Of a stretch of DNA of 64,000 bases, positions 8,949 through 17,677 are shown piece by piece. This stretch comes from Candidatus Bathyarchaeota archaeon BA2 (GTDB lineage Archaea; Thermoproteota; Bathyarchaeia; Bathyarchaeales; Bathyarchaeaceae): NCBI GenBank assembly GCA_001399795.1, contig LIHK01000023.1, positions 6,916-70,915 of the forward strand, in the 5' to 3' direction. A model generated the notes under the pieces. The model saw nothing but the letters and a program-made list of their open reading frames with translations. It was not told the DNA's origin and ran no database searches. How positions within the stretch are numbered: position 1 is the first letter of the stretch; each line of letters opens with the position of its first letter. A program made the translations under genes and the position numbers.

Positions 8949-9660
8949 TTTTCACAACCTCTATAGCCTGTTCCAAAGTGAACTTTCCCTCATATAGGGC
9001 GGTGCCAACTATCACTCCATCAACACCTGTCCCCGCCAACTTAACTAAATCGTTCAAATTGGCTACGCCGCCCGAAGCAATAACTGGAACGCTAACGGTT
9101 TCCACAAGCTTCCTAATTTTTTCAACCTGCGGTCCTTTCAAAGTTCCGTCCACGCTTGTGGAGGTAAAGATTATAGTTCCAACTTTCATTTCTTCAAAGG
9201 AACGCGCGAGGTCTAAATAGTCTATTGCTGACTTATCCTTCCAACCGTGAAAAGTTACCTTGCCGTTTCTCTCGTCTATGGCTACGGCGACTCGCGGCGA
9301 ACCGTAACGACGAATAGCCTCTTGAATCAATGCAGGATTTTGAACGGCAACCGTTCCGAAAATTACTCGATAGGCGCCAAACTTCAGCAGTGTTTCCGCC
9401 TTCCCTAAAGTTCTGATTCCTCCGCCAATCTGCACATTCACGCGAAGTTCACTCAAGATTTTTTCTATTTCCTCCAAATTTTGCCCAGAACCTATGGCGG
9501 CGTCAAGGTCGATTAAATGGATGAGTTCTGCCCCTTGAACCTCTAATCGTTTAGCTGCTTCCAGAGGGTTGTCAAAATAGACTTTTGACCTCGTTGGGTC
9601 TCCTTGAACGAGGCGGACGCATTTTCCCCCCATTATGTCAACGGCTGGAATGACAAGCAT
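8938..9660 (-). CDS. hisA: ProFAR isomerase
   Basis: [21 protein letters not shown]...IGGGIR...ASGGV. The ATG at 9660 follows the hisB stop by 1 nt. The longer form starting at 9681 is less likely. Confidence 0.9.
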   Translation of the reverse strand: MLVIPAVDIMGGKCVRLVQGDPTRSKVYFDNPLEAAKRLEVQGAELIHLIDLDAAIGSGQNLEEIEKILSELRVNVQIGGGIRTLGKAETLLKFGAYRVIFGTVAVQNPALIQEAIRRYGSPRVAVAIDERNGKVTFHGWKDKSAIDYLDLARSFEEMKVGTIIFTSTSVDGTLKGPQVEKIRKLVETVSVPVIASGGVANLNDLVKLAGTGVDGVIVGTALYEGKFTLEQAIEVVKSVG

Positions 9661-9661
9661 T

Positions 9662-10240
9662 TTAGAGCACACCCTTTGCACTTGGAATTTCGGACATAGC
9701 CCTTGATTCCAGCGTCACAGCCTCCCGTAGGGCAAGGGCAAAAGCCTTCACCGCAGCCTCGATCTTGTGGTGATCGTTGGTGCCGTAAAGAACCGCCAAG
9801 TGCAGGTTTGTCTTTGAAGCTTGGGCTAAGGAGTTGAAGAAGTGTTCAATGTCTTCTGTTTTTAAGTCTTCAATTTGAGGCTGGCTGAGTTTAAGATCTA
9901 GACTGGCGTAGGCTCTTCCACCGAGGTCCACCGCGGCTCTTGCAAGGGAGTCATCCATGGGCACGTAGGCTGAGCCAAACCTTCTGATGCCCTTCTTTTC
10001 TGCTATAGCTTTTTGCAGTGCTTCTCCCAGGGTTAGGGCAACGTCTTCGCACACGTGATGCTTCAACTCTCCTTTAGCTTTAACTGTTATGTTGAAGAGA
10101 GAGTGTTTCGCCAAGGTTATGAGAAGGTGGTCTAAAAACTTGATGCCGGTTTCTGCCTTTCCTTCTCCTTCCCCGTCGATGTTTAGCTTTACGGTTATGT
10201 CGACTTCGGTTGTTTTCCTTTCAACTTTTGCTTTTCTCAT
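9662..10240 (-). CDS. hisB: imidazoleglycerol-phosphate dehydratase
   Basis: 192 aa with the FLDHLL and HHKIEA metal-binding motifs. This is the monofunctional form with no fused phosphatase domain. Confidence 0.9.
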   Translation of the reverse strand: MRKAKVERKTTEVDITVKLNIDGEGEGKAETGIKFLDHLLITLAKHSLFNITVKAKGELKHHVCEDVALTLGEALQKAIAEKKGIRRFGSAYVPMDDSLARAAVDLGGRAYASLDLKLSQPQIEDLKTEDIEHFFNSLAQASKTNLHLAVLYGTNDHHKIEAAVKAFALALREAVTLESRAMSEIPSAKGVL

Positions 10241-11445
10241 TCAACTTTTCCTCCTAGACTAGCGTAAAGGTTTGGAATGTCGTTCACGTCTGTCATAACA
10301 GCGTCAGCACCGTGCTTTACGTATTGGGAAAAAAGTTGGTCTGGATATTGAGATGAACATAAAACGCCGAAAAACAGTATGTTAGACAAGCCTTGCAAAC
10401 GAGCATTTTCAATCAACAACATGTCTGCAATACCGTCCCCAACATAAACCACTTTTCCAGCAAGTTTCTCCACCATTTTAATGAAAAAAGTTGGGTTCGG
10501 CTTGCCAAGTTGCACGCTTTCACATGCCCCAAAAGGAATCTCCTCAGATGCAAATATGTCTTCTTGGAAAATAAGCCCATTTTCGTCAAAGTATTCCTTT
10601 AAATTGTTCTTTTCTAGGAGATAGATTCCTTGGTCTCTAGGTTTTTCCGAATATATCGCAAACTTCCCAAATCTTAAACGAAGCGCGTCAAGTGTCTTTT
10701 CTGTAGGAATAAAACTTTCTTTTTCAATAAAACTTTCGTCAAACTTGAAGATGGATGGAACGCCGTAAAATTTGCTGAAGAGCTTCGCACCTAAATACGT
10801 TTCCTCGAATAGACGCTTTAGTAGGTCTGGCTTCTCAAGATTGTATGGAACCAGTTTTCTGATAAGGGTTAATTGTTCGCCTCCAGCCTCTGGGAGGATA
10901 GGCTTTAGAGCAACTTCGAGAGAACTTTGATTTTCCAGCCTGACGCGTGTTAACAACGATTCTATGCCTACGGCGCTATCATTTTTCGTGTCGACGAGTT
11001 CGGTTGCGTTTAGTCCATAGCGTCCAAGAAAGTCGCCGATTTCTCTTAAAGTTTGGAGGAAACTGCCCGCCTCCGAGAACTGAATGTCGCTGAATCGTTT
11101 CGTGAAGTTTTGGAGGGTGCGTCTTTTTTGAAGTTTTCTCATTAGGAGGGCTAGGTAGTATGCGATGAGAGCGTACGTGAGGTTCCAATCGTTGTTGTAT
11201 AGTCCTGTGTCCTTAAAACTCTGAATATCTCCTAGGGTGACGAGTTTTCCCCTTTCCCCTTCAAGGCCAAGAATTTCGAGGAAATAGTAGTCCACAACCC
11301 TTCTTATGGTTTGGCGATACGATTGCGAAGTTTGAACCAGAACGCCGTCAAAGTCGAAGATGATTTTTTTGGTGTCGCTAAGGGCTTTCGCAGAGTCTTT
11401 CTTAAAGTATATTTTCCTCTCCTCGTCTAGGCATTGATAAGACAT
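10237..11445 (-). CDS. HAD-superfamily hydrolase with a large cap insertion; candidate histidinol-phosphate phosphatase
   Basis: Motif I is IIFDFDGVLV, the motif III Lys lies in LGKPNP and motif IV is YVGDGIADM. Its stop overlaps the hisB start by 4 nt and its start codon directly abuts the hisC stop codon (no gap), so it is embedded between hisC and hisB. Confidence 0.75.
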   Translation of the reverse strand: MSYQCLDEERKIYFKKDSAKALSDTKKIIFDFDGVLVQTSQSYRQTIRRVVDYYFLEILGLEGERGKLVTLGDIQSFKDTGLYNNDWNLTYALIAYYLALLMRKLQKRRTLQNFTKRFSDIQFSEAGSFLQTLREIGDFLGRYGLNATELVDTKNDSAVGIESLLTRVRLENQSSLEVALKPILPEAGGEQLTLIRKLVPYNLEKPDLLKRLFEETYLGAKLFSKFYGVPSIFKFDESFIEKESFIPTEKTLDALRLRFGKFAIYSEKPRDQGIYLLEKNNLKEYFDENGLIFQEDIFASEEIPFGACESVQLGKPNPTFFIKMVEKLAGKVVYVGDGIADMLLIENARLQGLSNILFFGVLCSSQYPDQLFSQYVKHGADAVMTDVNDIPNLYASLGGKVE

Positions 11446-12579
11446 TCACTGTTCCTCCAAGGCATCTTTCAAGGCTGAAACGAAGGTTTCGTTCATGCTG
11501 CGTGTTCCAACAGTTACGCGTATACAGTTCTCTAAAAGCGGCAGATTACTTCTATCCTTCACTAAGACGTCCCTGCTTTCCAGTTTTTCCTTAACGGTTG
11601 AGGAGGAAAGGTTATCCTTGGTTATCTTGAAGAGGATGAAGTTTGCGTCTGAGGGGTACGGGGTTACGCCATCAGTTTTGGCTAAAGCGTCTCTTAACCA
11701 CTCGCGTTCTTTTATAATGTATTTGATTCGCTGCTGGAAGTAGTTCCAGTTCTGCAAGGCAAGAGCGATGAGTCGTTGAGTCACAATGTTTATTTCAAAT
11801 GGGTTGGTAACTCGCTTAACGTACTCTGCAATTGACTTGTTTGAGACAAGAAAACCAGCGCGAATTCCAGCTAAACCAAAGGACTTTGAAAAACTTCTTA
11901 AGACAACGAGATTTTCAAACTTCCTTGTCCAGTCTATAACCGTGTATTTTGCGAAGTCAACGTAGGCTTCATCCACAACAACGACGCCTTTAAACTCCCG
12001 CAAGATTTTTTCTAGGTCTTCTTTTTTGAACTGGTTGCCAGTTGGATTGTTCGGAGAACAAATAATGAACAGAGAGATTTGTTCATCGCATTTTTCAAGC
12101 ATCCCATCGACATCCAACTCAAAATTTGGTCTAAGCAGAACCGTAACCTTTTTGCCCCCGTACAACTGCGTGAAGTAAGCATACAGGGGAAAAGTCGGCT
12201 CAACCACCAAGACTTTTGACTCCTTCTTCACGAAAACCTTCATAAGCGAATCCAAAACTCCGTCTACACCGTTTCCAACAAAGATTTCAGATTCGCTGAA
12301 GCCAAAAAACTCTGAGATGGCTTTTACGGCCATGGCACCGTAAAGTGGAGGATATAAACGGACATCAACGTCTTGACAAACTTCAAGGAGCAGTTTTCCC
12401 ACAATGTCACCAGCCACAGCGAAGTTCTCGTTTAGATCAAGTCTTGTGACTTTTTCATCAAGTTTCCGTGGAAGAATGCTCCCCGCTTCGTAAAGGGGGA
12501 GACCAAGAATTTCCTTGCGAACCAGTTCTTCAATTTTCACTTTTGTCACCCCTGATGGAAACTGATCTCGTGTGTCCAT
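11446..12579 (-). CDS. hisC: histidinol-phosphate aminotransferase
   Basis: 377 aa. PNNPTG and the PLP-lysine motif SFSKSFGLAGIRAGF are present. Confidence 0.9.
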   Translation of the reverse strand: MDTRDQFPSGVTKVKIEELVRKEILGLPLYEAGSILPRKLDEKVTRLDLNENFAVAGDIVGKLLLEVCQDVDVRLYPPLYGAMAVKAISEFFGFSESEIFVGNGVDGVLDSLMKVFVKKESKVLVVEPTFPLYAYFTQLYGGKKVTVLLRPNFELDVDGMLEKCDEQISLFIICSPNNPTGNQFKKEDLEKILREFKGVVVVDEAYVDFAKYTVIDWTRKFENLVVLRSFSKSFGLAGIRAGFLVSNKSIAEYVKRVTNPFEINIVTQRLIALALQNWNYFQQRIKYIIKEREWLRDALAKTDGVTPYPSDANFILFKITKDNLSSSTVKEKLESRDVLVKDRSNLPLLENCIRVTVGTRSMNETFVSALKDALEEQ

Positions 12580-13828
12580 TGAAACCTTCCAGTTTTGCGA
12601 GCGTGACGGTCATTCTCTCCAAGCTTAAGTAGCCCTTTTTGCTACACTCTAGGAAATTAATTGTTTTGACGAAATCCCTAGTCGAGAGACCTGAGTAGGA
12701 TTTTGCGTAGCCTCCTGTTGGAAGCACGTGATTTAATCCAGCTGAGTAGTCGCCGAAGGCAACTGGCGAGTATTGGCCCAAGAAAACGGCTCCGGCGCTT
12801 TGAATCTTGTCGAAGACCTTGCGGGGAGTCCTTGTTAAAATTTGGAGGTGTTCCGGGGCTATCAGGTTGGCGTAGTCTACTGCTTCCTCAAGGTTTTTGA
12901 TGAGCACTATTAAGCCTCCTGTTTGCATGGAAGATTTTACAGTTTCTTTTCTGGAGAGTGATTCCCACTGCTTACGTACCTCTTTCTCAACCGCTAGTGC
13001 CAAATCCTTGGATGTGGTTAACAGAATCGCCCATGCCCGTGGGTCGTGTTCCGCTTGGGCGAGAAGATCTGCGGCGACGAAAGAGGCGTTGGCGGTTTCG
13101 TCTGCTATTATCAGGACTTCGCTTGGCCCCGCTGGAATGTCTATGGCCACGTCTTTGCTTACCTCCAGTTTTGCGGCTGTCACAAAAACGTTTCCCGGAC
13201 CTATAATCTTGTCTACTTTGGGCACGGTTTCTGTGCCGTAAGCCATAGCCGCTATCGCTTGTGCTCCCCCAACCCTGTATATTTCAGTTACGCCCGCAAT
13301 GTCAGCCGCCACCAAGAGGGCTGGGTTGGTGTACCCGTTTTTTCTCGGTGGAGAACAAACAATAATTTTCTTGATCCCTACAATCTTAGCTGGGATGGCG
13401 CACATGAGCACCGAAGACGGGTAAGAAGCTTCTCCTCTAGGAGTGTAAACGCCGACAGATGATAGTGGCCGGGTTACCTGTCCGACTGTTACTCCTTTTG
13501 TGGTCTCCAAAGACCAAGCATTTCTGATCTGCGATTCGTGGAAGCGAGTGATGTTTAACGCGGCTTTTTTCAGGGCATTGATCTGTTCGGTTTCAAGCTT
13601 TTCATATGATTTTTCAATCTCCTTTTTGGTGACTTTCAGTTTTGACTTGGTAAGGCGTACGTTGTCGAATTTTTCGGTATAAAGTAAAAGGGCTTCGTCG
13701 CCGTTTTCCCTGACATCCGTTATTATTTTTTTAACCGACGAAGAAATTGAGGACAAATCCGTTTTTCCTCGGTTCAAAACCGCATCTAGCATTTTTTCTT
13801 TAAACTCTTGGCTGGTCAGAATCCTCAT
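12530..13828 (-). CDS. hisD: histidinol dehydrogenase
   Basis: 432 aa with GPGNVFVTAAK and AQAEHD motifs. Confidence 0.95.
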   Translation of the reverse strand: MRILTSQEFKEKMLDAVLNRGKTDLSSISSSVKKIITDVRENGDEALLLYTEKFDNVRLTKSKLKVTKKEIEKSYEKLETEQINALKKAALNITRFHESQIRNAWSLETTKGVTVGQVTRPLSSVGVYTPRGEASYPSSVLMCAIPAKIVGIKKIIVCSPPRKNGYTNPALLVAADIAGVTEIYRVGGAQAIAAMAYGTETVPKVDKIIGPGNVFVTAAKLEVSKDVAIDIPAGPSEVLIIADETANASFVAADLLAQAEHDPRAWAILLTTSKDLALAVEKEVRKQWESLSRKETVKSSMQTGGLIVLIKNLEEAVDYANLIAPEHLQILTRTPRKVFDKIQSAGAVFLGQYSPVAFGDYSAGLNHVLPTGGYAKSYSGLSTRDFVKTINFLECSKKGYLSLERMTVTLAKLEGFNGHTRSVSIRGDKSEN

Positions 13829-14467
13829 TTATTCCAGTCCTCCCTGCTTTAGTCTACTGAGAAACTCTTTAATTTCGCTTTCAAATGTTCTGAAGGAAAT
13901 TTTGTTGCATGCTAGTCTACACGTTGAATCAAGGATGGTGGCGATTACTTTGAGGTTGTTTTTCCGCAAGGTTTCGCCTGTCGACGAAACATCTACGATT
14001 ATTTCGGCCAAACCCAGCTTTGGGGCTAGTTCGGCTGTTCCGCGAACCCTTAGGATTTCCACCTGCTTTCCTAGGCCTTCAAAGTACCTTCTGCTAAGGT
14101 TTGGAAATTCTGTTGCGACTTTTGCCACTATTGAAATGTCTTTAACGGAGCGAATTGTTGAGTTTTCGGGAACCGCGACGACGAGTTGGCATTTTCCAAA
14201 ACCTAAATCCAGTAGTTCGTGTACGTCTGCTTCTCTTTCAAGGATGAGGTCGTGGCCAGTTATGCCTAGGTCCACGGCGCCGTACTGAACGTATAGGGGC
14301 ACGTCGAAGGCTCTGACGAAGATTGCCTCGAATCTTGGGTCAGAAGTTTTGGAAACGTAGACTCTTTCCTCTTCGAGTATGTTTATACCTGCACGTTGAA
14401 GCGCTTTGATTGAGGGTTGCCTGAGTCTGCCTTTGCTTGGTATTGCGATGCGAATCTTTCTTTTCAT
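13829..14467 (-). CDS. hisG: ATP phosphoribosyltransferase, short form
   Basis: 212 aa with no C-terminal regulatory domain. Motifs RIAIPSKGRL, DLGITG and DVSSTGETL are present. Confidence 0.9.
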   Translation of the reverse strand: MKRKIRIAIPSKGRLRQPSIKALQRAGINILEEERVYVSKTSDPRFEAIFVRAFDVPLYVQYGAVDLGITGHDLILEREADVHELLDLGFGKCQLVVAVPENSTIRSVKDISIVAKVATEFPNLSRRYFEGLGKQVEILRVRGTAELAPKLGLAEIIVDVSSTGETLRKNNLKVIATILDSTCRLACNKISFRTFESEIKEFLSRLKQGGLE

Positions 14468-15744
14468 GAAGATGAGCCTCCTAGGTTTTGAAGAAAAGTT
14501 TCAATCGTTACGTTCTTCTTTACGTTCGACTTGGGGTCATATACGATCACAGGCTTTTCAATGGTTGAATCCACGAAAATCACGTAATCTATTCCAGCAA
14601 GCTCCGCATATTTCAAAACTTTCTTCTCGTCGCTTTTTGTCACGTCTAAGAGTGCCACAACCCCGGCGTTATGAAAAGCGTTAACAGCTTTTACCGCGGC
14701 ACTTCTGAATTTAGACGCTACCAGAATCCTGATTTTTTCCCTTTTTTGCGGTTGAAAACCTTGAGCTGTCAGAGCTTGCAAGCACTTTTCAATCTCCAAG
14801 GCGAAGCCTATTGCCGGAATTTTAACTTTTCCAAACTTTTCAATAAAGTCGTCGTATCGGCCTCCTCCTCCAAGGGGTAAACCGAAATTTGGAACAGAAG
14901 CCTCGAAAACGATTCCTGTGTAGTATTCAATTTTTCTTGTAAGCGAGAAGTCGAAGAAGACAAGGTTTTCGATGCCGTAGTCAGTTAGGACATCCTTGAC
15001 ATCCAAGAGTTTTCTTAGATGATCTTCTGTCTTTCCGTACTTTGATGAACCAAGCGAAACGGATGAAACTTCGTCTAGTCGTCTACAGGAGGAAAGTTTT
15101 AGGAAGATTTCTCTTAGTTTTGGCGGAATTTTGTTTTGGTCCATGAATTTTTCTAGACGTGCTTCGTCTCTGTATCCTAGAAGATTTTGAAGTTTGGCTC
15201 TCTTTTCTTCGTCTAAACCTGTTGCTTTCAACAGGTCTTTTAGGAGGCTGGCGTGTCCGACATCAACTCGCACTTCCTTTAAGCCGATTTTTTTTAGAGA
15301 TGAAATTAGAAGGGCTAGTATTTCTCCGTCGGCTTCTGGGGTGTTGCAGCCTATTAGTTCAACTCCAGCCTGCCAGAATTCCCTTCCCCTTTCAATGTAG
15401 GATTGGCTGTATCTGAAAACGTTGCATATGTAGAATAGTCGAATTGGTTCTGGGGTGGAGGGCATCCTAGTTGTTATGATTCTGGCAACTGGCGCTGTCA
15501 TTTCTGGTCTTAGGGCCACAATTTTTCCGTCGAAATCTTGAAATTTGAACATGCTGTCAACTAGTTCTGATCCTACGCCTGTGGACAATGCTTCAACGAA
15601 TTCGATGGTGGGGGAACGGATTTCCTGATAGCCCCAGAGTTTAAATTTTTCTCTTAACCCCTCTTCGATGTAGCGGTAGTACTCAACTTCTAATGTAAGG
15701 TAGTCTCTTGTTCCTTTCGGTGTGTGTAGTTTGGTGAACGTCAT
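14464..15744 (-). CDS. histidyl-tRNA synthetase paralogue, probably the HisZ regulatory subunit (alternatively HisRS)
   Basis: PKGTRDYL is at the N-terminus. The motif-2 region is degenerate (FRYSQSYIERGREFWQAGVELIG). RKIEYYTG replaces RGLDYY, GGGGRYDDF is present, and GFALEIEK replaces the usual ER. An anticodon-binding-like C-terminus is retained. Its stop overlaps the hisG start by 4 nt. Confidence 0.8.
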   Translation of the reverse strand: MTFTKLHTPKGTRDYLTLEVEYYRYIEEGLREKFKLWGYQEIRSPTIEFVEALSTGVGSELVDSMFKFQDFDGKIVALRPEMTAPVARIITTRMPSTPEPIRLFYICNVFRYSQSYIERGREFWQAGVELIGCNTPEADGEILALLISSLKKIGLKEVRVDVGHASLLKDLLKATGLDEEKRAKLQNLLGYRDEARLEKFMDQNKIPPKLREIFLKLSSCRRLDEVSSVSLGSSKYGKTEDHLRKLLDVKDVLTDYGIENLVFFDFSLTRKIEYYTGIVFEASVPNFGLPLGGGGRYDDFIEKFGKVKIPAIGFALEIEKCLQALTAQGFQPQKREKIRILVASKFRSAAVKAVNAFHNAGVVALLDVTKSDEKKVLKYAELAGIDYVIFVDSTIEKPVIVYDPKSNVKKNVTIETFLQNLGGSSS

Positions 15745-15808
15745 ACCTCCAGTTCACTGCGTGACCTCCGTGGGCAATTTGTGGGTTGAAACCCATATTG
15801 TGCACATG

Positions 15809-15820
15809 CTTATATAAAGG
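15809..15820. promoter_or_regulatory. TATA-like box in a divergent intergenic region
   Basis: CTTATATAAAGG lies between the first gene of the his operon and the AbrB-ACT gene. Confidence 0.3.
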
Positions 15821-15836
15821 TTTCTGAAAAAGATTA

Positions 15837-16259
15837 GTGGAGATCGAGAACATGCGCATGTCCGAAATAGTTCGAATAGATTCCAGAGGAAGGGTAACTA
15901 TGCCTTCTTCCATTCGCGACGCTGTTAGGCTTTCTGAGGGCATGTACGTTATACTAATAGCTGATTTGGACAGAAAAGAGGTTAGGATTGTTCCGTTTGC
16001 CGACCCAGAAGCTAGGCTGGTTGAATTTCGCATAACCTTTGCGGATGCCCCTGGCGCCCTTGCGAAGGCTGCTGCTGTGCTGGCAAAGGAGGGCGTCGAC
16101 TTGTTGTCCAGCGAATCCAGAACCCTGCGAAGGGGGGAATCAGCAGAGTGGTTTGTTATAGCTGACGTTTCCAATTGTAAGTGCAGACTGGAAGAACTTG
16201 AAAGGAAGGTTGTGGAGGAGGCAGCTGCAAAAGAGGTGAAGCTCCGAAGCTTTCCCTAA
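15837..16259 (+). CDS. AbrB/SpoVT-type DNA-binding domain fused to an ACT domain
   Basis: IVRIDSRGRVTMPSSIRDAVRLSEGMYV forms the swapped-hairpin AbrB domain, followed by FADAPGALAKAAAVLAKEGVDLL (ACT). The true start may be the ATG at 15852 or 15858. Confidence 0.7.
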   Translation: MEIENMRMSEIVRIDSRGRVTMPSSIRDAVRLSEGMYVILIADLDRKEVRIVPFADPEARLVEFRITFADAPGALAKAAAVLAKEGVDLLSSESRTLRRGESAEWFVIADVSNCKCRLEELERKVVEEAAAKEVKLRSFP

Positions 16260-16530
16260 ATGCAGAGCTTAAAAACTTTAGTTAAGCTTTTATTCTCGTT
16301 GATATGCTTTCTTCAAGTTTCTCAGGCAACGGGTTCTTTATATTTCTCTCTCATATCCTATGGTTCTGTTTTCTCGTCTTAATCGGGAACTGCGCACCTC
16401 AGTGCACACTTTTAAAGGTGTTCGATATATTTCATATTGTTCTATGGGATGCTTACAGAAGATTGGGGTATGGTGGGGTGAATGGAACGCGTGCCCAAAA
16501 AAGCCATAGACGCTATGGAGGAAGCGTTAA

Positions 16531-17163
16531 ATGAGATCAGTAGGTCGGCTGGAATCAAGTTTATCTGAAATTGTGAACACCGTTAAAACGGTGGATGGCG
16601 TCGTGGGAATAATTCTCTTCGGCAGTGTTGCAAGGGGGGAGGCTGATGAGGGATCAGACATCGATTTGCTTGTCCTTTTTGAGGATGAGGATAAGATGCG
16701 GATGAACGAGTGGGAGGTCACTCGTCGCATACCTCCTAACCTGTTTACTCAATCGATTTGTGCGTGCGCTTCAACCCTCAAGATGATGAATCCTGTCTTT
16801 CTCCAATCGGTGCTAGAGGAAGGACTGATCCTCTATGCGCAGTACCCGCTAGTGTTAAGGTCTCGCCTGGCCAACGCTGTTGTTTGCTTCATAGTGACAT
16901 ACTCGCTAGAGGAACTGCCTCAAAGGGAAAAGAAGAGGGTTAACTACAAATTGTTTGGGAGAAGGATGGCAGAGCGTCGGTACCTCGGGCTTGTTGAGGA
17001 ACGCGGTGGAAGACATCTTGGAAGGGGATGCTTCCTCATTCCGAAGGAAAACGCAGAAGTTGTTCTAAACGTTTTGAACGAACATAATGTAAAATATGAG
17101 TCTATAGAAGTGTACATTCCAAACAAAGCACAGGTTGGCACCCCGGCATTTCTCCAACTTTAG
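16531..17163 (+). CDS. nucleotidyltransferase-domain protein (Pol-beta superfamily) with an uncharacterised C-terminal domain
   Basis: The NTase signature is ILFGSVARGEADEGSDIDLLVLF. The roughly 100-aa C-terminal half has no motif I can name. Confidence 0.7.
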   Translation: MRSVGRLESSLSEIVNTVKTVDGVVGIILFGSVARGEADEGSDIDLLVLFEDEDKMRMNEWEVTRRIPPNLFTQSICACASTLKMMNPVFLQSVLEEGLILYAQYPLVLRSRLANAVVCFIVTYSLEELPQREKKRVNYKLFGRRMAERRYLGLVEERGGRHLGRGCFLIPKENAEVVLNVLNEHNVKYESIEVYIPNKAQVGTPAFLQL

Positions 17164-17267
17164 AAATAGACACAATAACTCTAGCGTATTTATCATTCTT
17201 ACAACTGAAAACCGTCTAACATAGACAAAAGTTTATTTATTCTGGTCCTATTTTCATGAGGCCCGCG

Positions 17268-17640
17268 CGCGCACGCACAAGTCTTATCAGGATGGACTCA
17301 GTTCCAGCAAATAGACCAAATTTCTCTAGATTTTTCCTCATCCGTAGCCAAGAAACCCTCAGGTATTAGATTTCGCGAAGCAGAATCATCTAAAGTCCGT
17401 TCCAAGACATTGTTGGCTGCATTTGCCCATGCTATTCAGGCAAGGCGCTCACAAATCTTGCTAAAGAACACATACCAATTCCTCTGGAGATAGTATGCCA
17501 TATTCGGCTTGAGCTTCAGCAAGGTAGAACCAAATTCCTCTCCAAATAGTTCGATTTTCAATTTCAGAGAAAATCTCGCTCATTTCTTGACTGCCATATC
17601 TCCATGTGAAACGTGAAAGATACGTGTCTCACCAAATTTC
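17268..17640 (-). pseudogene. purB: decayed N-terminal remnant of adenylosuccinate lyase
   Basis: WRYGSQEMSEIFSEIENRTIWRGIWFYLAEAQAEYGILSPEE is readable, followed by stops and frame changes. It covers only about 110 of the expected ~450 codons. The remnant ends at the (GC)n tract 17264-17272. Confidence 0.5.
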
Positions 17641-17677
17641 TCTCCATTCAAATGCTTTTCCTCTGTATTCAAGTCTT

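Noticed and set aside
12530-12579. 50-nt overlap between the hisD 3' end and the hisC 5' end as a possible frameshift or fusion.
   Set aside because: Both proteins are full length with normal termini. The overlap probably reflects an over-extended hisC start call rather than unusual biology.
15683-16174. 163-aa ORF antisense to the AbrB-ACT gene and the HisRS-paralogue 5' end.
   Set aside because: It spans an intergenic promoter region and two real genes on opposite strands, and its composition is atypical.
16531-17163. The C-terminal half of the nucleotidyltransferase protein (VTYSLEEL...YKLFGRR...GRGCFLIP...) as a Cas2/VapD-like ferredoxin-fold domain.
   Set aside because: The resemblance is only a loose pattern, the Cas2 catalytic Asp is absent, and no CRISPR-Cas context exists.
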